64,000 nt of DNA from Anaerolineae bacterium (GTDB lineage: Bacteria > Chloroflexota > Anaerolineae > UBA1429), in NCBI GenBank assembly GCA_963675785.1, contig OY776562.1, positions 448,001 to 512,000 of the forward strand, given 5' to 3'. The notes under the pieces were generated by a model. That model saw nothing but the letters and a program-made list of their open reading frames with translations. It ran no database searches and was not told the origin of the DNA. Positions 30,057 through 38,523 of this stretch are shown here, in pieces (position 1 is the first letter of the stretch; every line of letters starts with the position of its first letter). Both the position numbers and the translations under genes were made by a program.

Positions 30057-30088
30057 AGGACACCGCACATGCGTGCGGTGTCCTTTTT
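30057..30088 (+). terminator. Intrinsic terminator closing the hexuronate cluster
   Basis: AGGACACCGCAC/GTGCGGTGTCCT followed by T run. Confidence 0.8.
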
Positions 30089-30147
30089 CATTTGCATTCT
30101 CCCACGTGGCGCATTAGCCTGTGCTCACCTTGGCAAAGGAGGGTAGG

Positions 30148-31407
30148 ATGTCTGCGATCTATGATCATGTCATGGCTCATCCACTGTTTTGCTATCACGA
30201 TCATCAAAAGAGCTTTACCGAGTTCGAGGCAGAGCGCTCTACTTATGATTATCGCTCATTGCTGGGTTATGCTGTTCATGATCTGGTGGCTGCCGCTGGC
30301 GGACGCTACGATGCCCAGAGCGTTTTGGAACATGTGCCCGAATTGTGGCCATATGTGGCCCATACCGGCTATGGCAGGGCAGTGCAGATGGCCACACGCG
30401 AAATACTTGATGTGGATTTCGATCCTGTCAATGGTGAGGCCTTGACCGAGGCATTGCAGGTTTATCTGGGGGAGCGCCCGCCCCAAGAGATTTATGAGGA
30501 TTTGATCACGAACAAGGCCGGCCACGCCTACACCATCAACGATGGCACCCTCTTTTGGGGGAGCCCTCCGGTGTTTACGTCCTTTGACTATTTGCCTGGC
30601 TTTTTCCACACTTTTCGTATGGATGGCTTACTGGCCATCAACTCAGACGGACCAATTTCCCGCCTGGAAGAATTGACCGGGCAGACCGTCGACAGTCTGG
30701 ATGCGCTTGGCAGGGCGCTCGGTGATTTTGTGGGCCGCTTTGACAACACAGGGCACCTGGCGGCGATCAAAATTGGTTTTGCCTATCACCGCAATATCAC
30801 AGTGGGTGAACCGCTGAGGTCGCAGGCAGAGGCAATTTTTACGCGCATCCGCCGAGGTGGCGAGCCCCTTACAGAGGCTGAGGCTCGCCCCTTGGCCGAT
30901 TACATGGTGCATACACTGCTCAAATGTGCCAATGATCTCAATCTGCCCGTGCAGATCCACACCGGTTTTCTCAGCGGCAGCTGGCAGCCGCTGGATGACT
31001 CACGTGCCATGTATTTGCTGCCCCTGTTCAACCGTTATCGCAACGTGCGCTTTGATGTCTTTCATGCTTCTTGGCCCTGGACGAGTGAATTGGCAGCAAT
31101 TGCCAAGAGCTATCCCAATGTGTGGGTGGATATGTGCTGGGCTTGGTCTATGAACCCCACTGACTGCGAGCACGCTTTTGCCGTTTATCTGGATGCGGTA
31201 CCACTCAACAAGATCTTTGCCTATGGCGCCGATACACGCTATCCCTGGTGCTGTGTTGGTTATGCCAGGCAGGCTCGTTTGGGTATTGCTCGCACGTTGG
31301 AGACGCAGATAAAAAGAGGCAGACTATCGCAGACCAGCGCGTGCGAAATCGCCTCTGCCATCATGCTGGAGAACGGCATACAGTTTTACAGATTAGCAAG
31401 ATCATAG
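30148..31407 (+). CDS. Amidohydrolase-superfamily protein
   Basis: HDH metal motif, LPVQIHTG, FHAS, YGAD. Confidence 0.8.
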   Translation: MSAIYDHVMAHPLFCYHDHQKSFTEFEAERSTYDYRSLLGYAVHDLVAAAGGRYDAQSVLEHVPELWPYVAHTGYGRAVQMATREILDVDFDPVNGEALTEALQVYLGERPPQEIYEDLITNKAGHAYTINDGTLFWGSPPVFTSFDYLPGFFHTFRMDGLLAINSDGPISRLEELTGQTVDSLDALGRALGDFVGRFDNTGHLAAIKIGFAYHRNITVGEPLRSQAEAIFTRIRRGGEPLTEAEARPLADYMVHTLLKCANDLNLPVQIHTGFLSGSWQPLDDSRAMYLLPLFNRYRNVRFDVFHASWPWTSELAAIAKSYPNVWVDMCWAWSMNPTDCEHAFAVYLDAVPLNKIFAYGADTRYPWCCVGYARQARLGIARTLETQIKRGRLSQTSACEIASAIMLENGIQFYRLARS

Positions 31408-31479
31408 ATACCCCGGGGTTGTATAACACTGATCCGCGTGGTATCCTTTCCTGTGAGATTCAAGTACAAAGGAAAAGAT

Positions 31480-32679
31480 ATGCCTGCAATCAAAATAAGA
31501 GAAAATGTATACTGGATCGGTGTGAACGACCGTACCACCGATCTTTTTGAGGGTGTCTGGCCCATTACCCAGGAAGGTGTTTCCTACAACAGCTACCTGG
31601 TTTTGGGCGAAAAAAAGGTCATGATTGACCTGGCCAAGAGCACGCACAGCAGTTCGCTGTTAGAGCAGATATCGGGCGTTATCGATCCGAGTGAGCTCGA
31701 TTATGTAGTTATCAACCATATGGAGCCTGACCATACCGGTGCACTCAAGCTTCTCAAACAAGTTGCCCCCCAGGTAGAAATAGTGGCAACAGCCAAGGCT
31801 GTGCCCATGATCGAGGCCTTTTGCGGCATCACCGAAGGTGTGCGGGTGGTGGGTAATGGTGATGAGCTTGATCTGGGCGATCGCAAACTGCGTTTTTATC
31901 CCATACCGTTTGTGCATTGGCCTGAAACCATGGTGACCTATGATGAGTCTTCGCGCATCCTGTTCACCTGCGATGCCTTTGGTGGCTATGGTGCGTTGCG
32001 GGGGGCTATTTTCGACGACCAGGCTGCCGACATCGACTTCTATGTGCGCGAAGCGCTACGGTACTATACCAATATTGTCTCTCGCTTTGGTGGCCCGGTA
32101 CTCAATGCCATTGAAAAGGTCAAAGGCTTGGATATCGAAATCATCGCCCCCTCACATGGCCTGTTGTGGCGCAAGGAACCCATGCGCATTGTAGAGCTCT
32201 ACAAGCATTGGGCCGAGCTTGGCCGCACGGGTGGCAATCCCGGTGTGACGCTTTTGTACGGCTCGATGTATGGCAATACAGAGCTCATGATGAATGCGGT
32301 GGCCGATGGTATCGGTAGCACGGGCCTGCCCCTAGAGATATTTGATGTGGCTCGCACACACAGCAGCTATATTTTGCCGGCTCTGTGGATGAACAAGGGA
32401 GTCATGATCGGTGCCCCCACCTACGAAGTGGGTGTTTTCCCGCCTATGGGGCAGGCATTGCACATGGCTTTTGAGAAACGCATCAGTGGCAAAGTGGCGG
32501 CTCAATTCGGCAGCTATGGCTGGAGCGGCGGAGCTTTGAAGGCAGTTCAGCAGATCATCGAACCACTCAAGTGGACCTGGCAGGGTGAGTTTGAATGGCG
32601 AGGGGCCCCAGATACAGTCTTGCTTCAGCAGGGTTTCGAGTTTGGTAAGAAATTCGCCGAGGCCGTTGCAGAGAGTTAG
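31480..32679 (+). CDS. fprA: FprA-family flavodiiron protein (O2/NO reductase)
   Basis: SYNSYL, HMEPDH, HWPE, CDAFG, APSHG, flavodoxin SMYGNT and FGSYGWSG. Confidence 0.93.
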   Translation: MPAIKIRENVYWIGVNDRTTDLFEGVWPITQEGVSYNSYLVLGEKKVMIDLAKSTHSSSLLEQISGVIDPSELDYVVINHMEPDHTGALKLLKQVAPQVEIVATAKAVPMIEAFCGITEGVRVVGNGDELDLGDRKLRFYPIPFVHWPETMVTYDESSRILFTCDAFGGYGALRGAIFDDQAADIDFYVREALRYYTNIVSRFGGPVLNAIEKVKGLDIEIIAPSHGLLWRKEPMRIVELYKHWAELGRTGGNPGVTLLYGSMYGNTELMMNAVADGIGSTGLPLEIFDVARTHSSYILPALWMNKGVMIGAPTYEVGVFPPMGQALHMAFEKRISGKVAAQFGSYGWSGGALKAVQQIIEPLKWTWQGEFEWRGAPDTVLLQQGFEFGKKFAEAVAES

Positions 32680-32686
32680 CGCGTTG

Positions 32687-32726
32687 AAAAAAGCGCAGGA
32701 GAGATTTCTCTCCTGCGCTTTTTTTT
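32687..32726 (+). terminator. Intrinsic terminator
   Basis: AAGCGCAGGAGAGA/TCTCTCCTGCGCTT followed by T run. Confidence 0.85.
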
Positions 32727-32849
32727 GTTGTGAATCGCCCGACGATTGTTGCAATATGACATAACTATTGAATGAAGGACATGCGCATCTTATAATAGGG
32801 GTAACAGGGTGTGCACTTGCACGCCTGTGCCAAGGAGAGGAGGCGCTCC

Positions 32850-33191
32850 ATGTCGCTATTCTACTCATTGCACGTTTACAACCTCAAGCCCGGCGTTATG
32901 CACAGCGAATTTGAAACTTTTATGACCACAGAGTGGATTCCCTACATCATGAGCAGGCCTGGATGCAAAGGGACGACCTTGCTTCGAGGGTACAGAGGCG
33001 AGTGGATGGAGCACAAGATGGACTATGCAACGCTAGAGATATGGACCAGCGCTCACGTCAATCGCGAAGCGTGGGGTGGTCCCAAGAGCACATGGGTGAC
33101 GCCGGAAGAGATGCAACCCTTTATGGAGCGGTTCCACTCGTATATCCAGCCCGATTCCTTCCGGACCTACGAGTTTGACCATGTCATGTAG
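32850..33191 (+). CDS. Hypothetical protein, possibly dimeric alpha+beta barrel (ABM-like)
   Basis: AGGAGG SD; LKPG...EFE, PG, EIW pattern resembles ABM folds. Confidence 0.65.
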   Translation: MSLFYSLHVYNLKPGVMHSEFETFMTTEWIPYIMSRPGCKGTTLLRGYRGEWMEHKMDYATLEIWTSAHVNREAWGGPKSTWVTPEEMQPFMERFHSYIQPDSFRTYEFDHVM

Positions 33192-33260
33192 TGCCACCAT
33201 ATACAAAAGAAAGAGGCCCTCGTTTTTGCGAGAGCCTCTTTTGTTTGATGGTCGAGCCGA

Positions 33261-34178
33261 TTATTCGACGGCACCCAGATGGGCGCTGCGGAACGACTTG
33301 GAGCCGCTGACATAGCCGCCGGATACAACCTTGCCCGAGCTGCCAAAGAGGCGCATCTTATGGCGCACAACTTCTTTGACGGCGTCACGAGACTGGATCA
33401 AGAGCTTACGGGGATCGACGTTGCCCGGGAGCTCTTCAATGGCCTTCAGCAAGCCCTCAGTAAAGGCCTGGTTCAACATGGTGGCGACATTGACCTTGGC
33501 GATGCCGTACTGGATGGCCTCGACTTCACTTTCCTCGGTAACACCAGAGGAGCCGTGAAGCACCAGGGGAATATCGATCTCAGCGGCGATGGCCTTGATG
33601 CGGGCGATATCAAGCTCAGCCTTGGCTTCCTTCATGGCATGAACGGAACCCACAGCCACGGCCAGCGAGTCGACACCGGTGCGGGCGACGAAATCTTTGG
33701 CCTGAGAAGGATCAGTCATGGCATGTTGTACATCTTCGGCAGTTACGCCGTCGGTGCTCTGCAACACCTTGCCCAGCTCGGCCTCAACGGGAATGCCACA
33801 AACATGGGCGATGTGACAGACTCGGGAGGTGGTGGCAATGTTCTCTTCGTACGGCGCCTTGGAACCGTCGTACATCAATGACGTGAACCCTGCCCGGAGG
33901 CAGCGAATGTTCTGATCAAAGTCAGAGCCGTGATCCAGATGAAGCACAACAGGCACGTCAGCTTCTTCAGCGGCGATGCGGACCATGGCTGAAGCAAAAC
34001 CGAGACCAGCGTAACGAATGGCTCCCTGGCTAACCTGTAGAATGACGGGAGCATGCTCTTCAACAGCGGCGTCAACAATGCCCTGCACCTGCTCCATATT
34101 GTTGGCGTTGAACGCGCCTACGGCATAGTGGCCTTCGCGGGCCGCCTGTAGCATTTCCTTACTCGTTACGAGTGGCAT
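33261..34178 (-). CDS. fba: Class II fructose/ketose-bisphosphate aldolase
   Basis: YAVGAFN, LHLDHG, SLMYDGS, EAELG, VLHGSSG, KVNV, DPRK. Confidence 0.9.
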   Translation of the reverse strand: MPLVTSKEMLQAAREGHYAVGAFNANNMEQVQGIVDAAVEEHAPVILQVSQGAIRYAGLGFASAMVRIAAEEADVPVVLHLDHGSDFDQNIRCLRAGFTSLMYDGSKAPYEENIATTSRVCHIAHVCGIPVEAELGKVLQSTDGVTAEDVQHAMTDPSQAKDFVARTGVDSLAVAVGSVHAMKEAKAELDIARIKAIAAEIDIPLVLHGSSGVTEESEVEAIQYGIAKVNVATMLNQAFTEGLLKAIEELPGNVDPRKLLIQSRDAVKEVVRHKMRLFGSSGKVVSGGYVSGSKSFRSAHLGAVE

Positions 34179-34319
34179 AGTATTGCTCCTTGATTCCTTA
34201 CTTTTAACGCCCGGCAAATCGTCGTCTCGACAAAAAAAGCGAGCCAAACCCCACGGGATTGGCCCTGCCTTTTAAATGCGGAACACTCTGCGCGCCCGTC
34301 ATCGCGAAACTCGATTGAG

Positions 34320-34403
34320 TGCCGAAGGTGGGATTTGAACCCACAAGAAGTTTACCTTCAGTGGTTTTTGAGACCACCGCGTATGCCGTTCCGCCACTTC
34401 GGC
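34320..34403 (-). tRNA. tRNA-Leu (CAA)
   Basis: GCCGAAG/CTTCGGC acceptor stem, GTGGT-CTCAAAA-ACCAC anticodon arm, long variable arm, GGTTCAAATCC. Confidence 0.95.
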
Positions 34404-34501
34404 TAACCGAGCGCAAGTATAACCCACCTGTTGCATAAGGTCAAGTTTGTCATGTGCTGTTAGGTCGGTTACACTGTGGTCGGTCGTTTCCAGAGTATGG
34501 C

Positions 34502-35104
34502 ATGGAGAACATGGACGAACAAGCTCTGGTTGCTGCGGCTGCCGAGGGTGATGTCGATGCCTTTAATGATCTCGTTATCGAATACCAGCAGCTCGCTTTC
34601 AACGTAGCCTACCGCATTCTCGGTGATCCCGAGCGTGCTTCTGATGCCACGCAGGATGCCTTTCTGCGCGGCTTTCGTGCGTTGTACCAATTTCGCGGAG
34701 GATCCTTCAAGGCCTGGATACTCCGTATTGTCACCAATTGCAGTTATGATCAGCTTCGGGCCAGGCAGCGCAAGCCAAGTACCCCCATTGACGATTTGGT
34801 GGAAGATGACGAGCACAGTACTCTCCTCGAGGATGATCGCGAAAGTCCCGAAGATTGGGTTGGGCGCTCAGAGTTGGCAGCTGTTATTCAGCGCGGCATT
34901 GCCAAACTACCTCCCGAACAACGCACTGTCATCATTCTGAGTGATATTGAAGGCATGTCTTATGAAGAGATCGCCGATGTCACTGTGGTGTCTTTGGGAA
35001 CGGTAAAGTCTCGCCTTAGCCGCGCGCGGGCCAAGATGCGTGATTATCTGGCGGATTTCCGGGAACTTTTGCCCAATGCTGACCGTCTATTTGGCGATAG
35101 TTAG
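34502..35104 (+). CDS. ECF RNA polymerase sigma factor
   Basis: DATQDAF, FKAWILRIVTN, SYEEIA...GTVKSRLSRAR. Confidence 0.95.
   Translation: MENMDEQALVAAAAEGDVDAFNDLVIEYQQLAFNVAYRILGDPERASDATQDAFLRGFRALYQFRGGSFKAWILRIVTNCSYDQLRARQRKPSTPIDDLVEDDEHSTLLEDDRESPEDWVGRSELAAVIQRGIAKLPPEQRTVIILSDIEGMSYEEIADVTVVSLGTVKSRLSRARAKMRDYLADFRELLPNADRLFGDS
35062..35089 (+). promoter_or_regulatory. ECF-type promoter inside the sigma gene, facing the anti-sigma gene
   Basis: GGAACT-16bp-CGTCTA about 40 bp before the anti-sigma ATG. Confidence 0.65.
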
Positions 35105-35129
35105 AATACATTTGCAGGTGGGATAGAGT

Positions 35130-36197
35130 ATGGTCGGCCTTTCTTTTAGGCGTCAACACAAGTGGGCACAAGAAAATCTATCAACCTTTGTTGATGGACG
35201 CCTTTCTGCTAAAGAGGTGAACCGCCTCAAGGGCCATGTTGAAGATTGCCCGGTATGTCAGAGAGATGTGGCTACTTTGCGAGCGACAAAAGAATTACTC
35301 GCTGGGCTGCCTATGGTGGCTGTCCCCCGTTCGTTTATCCTTCCCGCCTCCGTAGCGCCAGAGCAAAATAAATATCGCCGAACCACGCGTATGTTTGCGG
35401 TAATGCGAACCACCACCGTGAGCGCGGCGGCTCTTTTCTTGTTAACTTTTGCTGGTTCTGCCTATTTGAGCGGTTCGTACTCGCTCTCTATGGCTTCTCG
35501 GGGCGCCGATACAGCCCCTCCCGTTGCAGATACCACATCTGAAAATGAACCTCCTCTTCAGGCTGTTGCACCAGCTATACCAGATTATACTGAGGATACT
35601 TTGTCAACTGCTGATGCGACAGAAGATGGCAAAACGCCAGATGTTCTCTTACTTGACGAAGAACCTGTGACTGACGCATTGGCTGAAGTTGCCGGGCCCC
35701 AAGCTGAGAGTACTGTCGCCGTTGCCGAAGCAGCGACACCTACCATTGAAGGTATGGTTGGCGCTTATGGTGGTGGGGGTATAGCCACATCAAGCGTAAC
35801 AGAGGGTGATGCGGGTATCGATGTAGATTCGGTGAGCTTGGCTGAGCCGATTGTCATGTTGCCTGAAGAAATCCTGTTTGGCAGTTCGACTGAAAGCAAT
35901 TCGGAGACTGACGACACTTCCGTCACAAATCAAGCTCCCAATCTTGATACGAATATAGATGCTGCCACAAACCAAGTCGAACCTACCCGGGTTGCTGAAG
36001 CGATTGCACCTGTTACGGAGACAACTCGGGCTGTTGACTTGGAGGCTACAAACGCTACAGATGATGTAATAGAGCAAGAGAATTCTTCTGCCCAGACCAT
36101 CGTGACCTTGCGGATTATTGCTGGTGTACTGGGGGGCATATTGCTCATCGCCCTTGCTGGGCTGCTCTGGTTCGGCACCGCGCGCCGTACGATCTAG
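35130..36197 (+). CDS. ZAS zinc-finger anti-sigma factor with two TM helices
   Basis: LSTFVDG, HxxxCxxC (HVEDCPVC), TM helix, long acidic region, C-terminal TM. Confidence 0.85.
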   Translation: MVGLSFRRQHKWAQENLSTFVDGRLSAKEVNRLKGHVEDCPVCQRDVATLRATKELLAGLPMVAVPRSFILPASVAPEQNKYRRTTRMFAVMRTTTVSAAALFLLTFAGSAYLSGSYSLSMASRGADTAPPVADTTSENEPPLQAVAPAIPDYTEDTLSTADATEDGKTPDVLLLDEEPVTDALAEVAGPQAESTVAVAEAATPTIEGMVGAYGGGGIATSSVTEGDAGIDVDSVSLAEPIVMLPEEILFGSSTESNSETDDTSVTNQAPNLDTNIDAATNQVEPTRVAEAIAPVTETTRAVDLEATNATDDVIEQENSSAQTIVTLRIIAGVLGGILLIALAGLLWFGTARRTI

Positions 36198-36239
36198 CAC
36201 TTGGATTGGCCCCGTCTGCGTAAGGATGGGCCCGAATAG

Positions 36240-36280
36240 AAAGAGCACAGGATACACAACGTATCTTGTGCTCTTTGTTT
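36240..36280 (+). terminator. Intrinsic terminator
   Basis: AAAGAGCACAGGATAC/GTATCTTGTGCTCTTT followed by GTTT. Confidence 0.75.
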
Positions 36281-36459
36281 ATGTTTCAACATGTGTTCAC
36301 ACCTCGCGAAAAAGCTATCCGCTCCAGCATATCCACAATTGAGCATTCTGGGGGTGGTAATTGTAGTTTCTACTGCTATGACCTATAAGAAAAGGTAGTG
36401 ACGTATTCGTGTTGCCGATGATCGATCTGTGGGATATTGAGCGCGTGGAGCCATAACAA

Positions 36460-37446
36460 ATGAAGAATATGGATACTGACAGTTTGTTGAGCTGGCTTCT
36501 GGAGGAGAACAATCCTTCAGTGAGGTATTTCACCCTAAGGTTTCTTCTTGATAAGAAAGAAGACGACGCCGAGGTGGTACGCGCAAGATCGGATATTCTG
36601 GAATCAAAGCCGGTACTCGAAATTCTCAATGGCCAATCCGAAGAAGGCTATTGGCATAATCCCCAACGGTACATGAAACGCTATGAGGGAACATTTTGGC
36701 ATTTCATCCTTTTGCTTGAGCTGGGCGTTGACCCAAAAGACCCCAGGGTGCAAAAAACGGCTCAATATCTACTGGAAACGGCATACAGTTTCAACAAGCA
36801 CGGTTTTGTCAACGAGATCGAGTCTGATCCAGTGCCTTGTTACAACAGCTATTTCCTGTGGGCCATGCTTCGTTGCGGTTTTTATGATAAAACTCAGGTT
36901 CAGGATTGCATACAAGGCATTATCGATACGATGCAATTCAATGATGGAGATGCTCAGGTCAATACCCCTGATCATGGTTGCATCGGAAAACATACCTGTA
37001 TTCGTGGTGCCGTGCCTGTTTTGCGAGCCTTTGTCGAGCTAGCCAAAACAGATGACTCTCCAGCCGTGCAACGAATTATTGCTGAAGGTCAAGAGTTTTT
37101 GCTCATACATCACCTGTACAAGAGAAGCCATGCTCTGAACAAGACCATAAACCCCAGACTGACGAGGCTTACCTTTCCCAATTTTTACTACCCGGATTTC
37201 TTGCAGATGCTAGAGCTCTTGCTGGATTCTGGCTGCAAGGATGAAAGAATGTGTGACGCTTACGCTGCTTTGCTCAAAAAGCAAAAAGAAGACGGGAAAT
37301 GGGAATTGGAAAGGGTGTGTAATGAACGCGGCAAAGACGATCTATTCCCGGTGCCGATCGTGCTAGAAGAGAGAAATACAAAAAGCAAGTGGGTAACTCT
37401 TCGGGCGTTGAAGGTTATGAAAGGCTATGGCGATCTGTTCAGGTAA
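36460..37446 (+). CDS. Hypothetical protein with prenyltransferase/squalene-oxidase-like repeats
   Basis: WLLEENNPSVRY, QSEEGYW and QKEDGKW QW-type repeats, SKWVTLRAL. Confidence 0.7.
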   Translation: MKNMDTDSLLSWLLEENNPSVRYFTLRFLLDKKEDDAEVVRARSDILESKPVLEILNGQSEEGYWHNPQRYMKRYEGTFWHFILLLELGVDPKDPRVQKTAQYLLETAYSFNKHGFVNEIESDPVPCYNSYFLWAMLRCGFYDKTQVQDCIQGIIDTMQFNDGDAQVNTPDHGCIGKHTCIRGAVPVLRAFVELAKTDDSPAVQRIIAEGQEFLLIHHLYKRSHALNKTINPRLTRLTFPNFYYPDFLQMLELLLDSGCKDERMCDAYAALLKKQKEDGKWELERVCNERGKDDLFPVPIVLEERNTKSKWVTLRALKVMKGYGDLFR

Positions 37447-37599
37447 TGATTTCCGGTTGCCCCGACAAGATGCTGCGATTATGCCAGACATCTTGTCTCG
37501 ACGATGCTCTTCTTTTGGTCAGTCTGCGTTGCGGCTGCTATAATCAAGAGCGTGTGAAATTGTCTGATCGTGTTCTTTTGCGTTAGTTGGAGGCTTTAC

Positions 37600-38511
37600 T
37601 TGGCCCGTAAAGAATTGCGTGATAGCTTGACCAAGACCCGCCAGTCTTTTTTTGGACGAATCGCGGGCCTTTTTCGCGAAGAAAAGATCACTCAGGATAC
37701 CTGGGATGAGTTGGAAATGCTCCTCATCCAGGGGGATGTGGGGGTAGAAACCACTGTCGAGTTGGTCGAGTTTCTGCGTAATGAAGTCGAATCTGGTAGG
37801 GCACGGACGCCTGAAGAAGTTCAGGCGCTACTCAAGTCGCGCTTGAGAGCCATTCTCAAACGTGTGGAGCGCAACTATCTCTATGGTAAGCGCGATCTCG
37901 ATGTGGTCTTTGTAGTAGGGGTGAATGGCTCGGGTAAAACCACCAGCATTGCCAAGCTAGCCAAATTTCACCAGGATCGCGGTGAAAAGGTTATGCTGGC
38001 TGCGGCAGATACGTTTAGGGCTGCCGCTATCGATCAGATCAAGATCTGGGGTGACCGATTGGGTGTAGAGGTTATTGCCCATCAGCCCAATGCGGACCCT
38101 GGCGCTGTGGTGTATGATGCCATGCAGGCGGCCAAGTCGCGCCATGCCGATGTTTTGATTATCGATACGGCAGGGAGACTGCACAATAATTACAACCTTA
38201 TGCAGGAACTCACCAAGGTACGTAACGTAATTTCCAACCAGATGCGCGGGGCCCCTCATGAGACGCTCTTGGTGCTTGATGCGACTACCGGGCAAAATGC
38301 CCTTATGCAGGCTAAAAAGTTCCGCGATGCCGTTGAGCTGACCGGCATCATTCTAGCCAAGCTGGATGGCACGGCCAAGGGCGGTATCGTCTTTGCCATC
38401 GCTAATGAGCTGAACCTGTCCGTGCTGTTTGCTGCTACGGGCGAAAAGGTTGAGGACTGGGCCGAGTTCGATGCCGACGAGTTTGTGGATGGCCTTTTCC
38501 AGGTTTTATAG
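37600..38511 (+). CDS. ftsY: SRP receptor FtsY (NG domain only)
   Basis: GVNGSGKTT, DTFRAAA, DTAGR, KLDGTAKGG; TTG start behind GGAGG. Confidence 0.97.
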   Translation: MARKELRDSLTKTRQSFFGRIAGLFREEKITQDTWDELEMLLIQGDVGVETTVELVEFLRNEVESGRARTPEEVQALLKSRLRAILKRVERNYLYGKRDLDVVFVVGVNGSGKTTSIAKLAKFHQDRGEKVMLAAADTFRAAAIDQIKIWGDRLGVEVIAHQPNADPGAVVYDAMQAAKSRHADVLIIDTAGRLHNNYNLMQELTKVRNVISNQMRGAPHETLLVLDATTGQNALMQAKKFRDAVELTGIILAKLDGTAKGGIVFAIANELNLSVLFAATGEKVEDWAEFDADEFVDGLFQVL

Positions 38512-38523
38512 GAGTATTGAACA

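Noticed and set aside
21301-34403. Genomic island bounded by tRNA-Glu and tRNA-Leu
   Set aside because: No integrase and no duplicated tRNA 3' end seen; genes look native in composition
36290-36459. Possible gene remnant upstream of the QW-repeat gene
   Set aside because: Only short open frames with no recognisable homology
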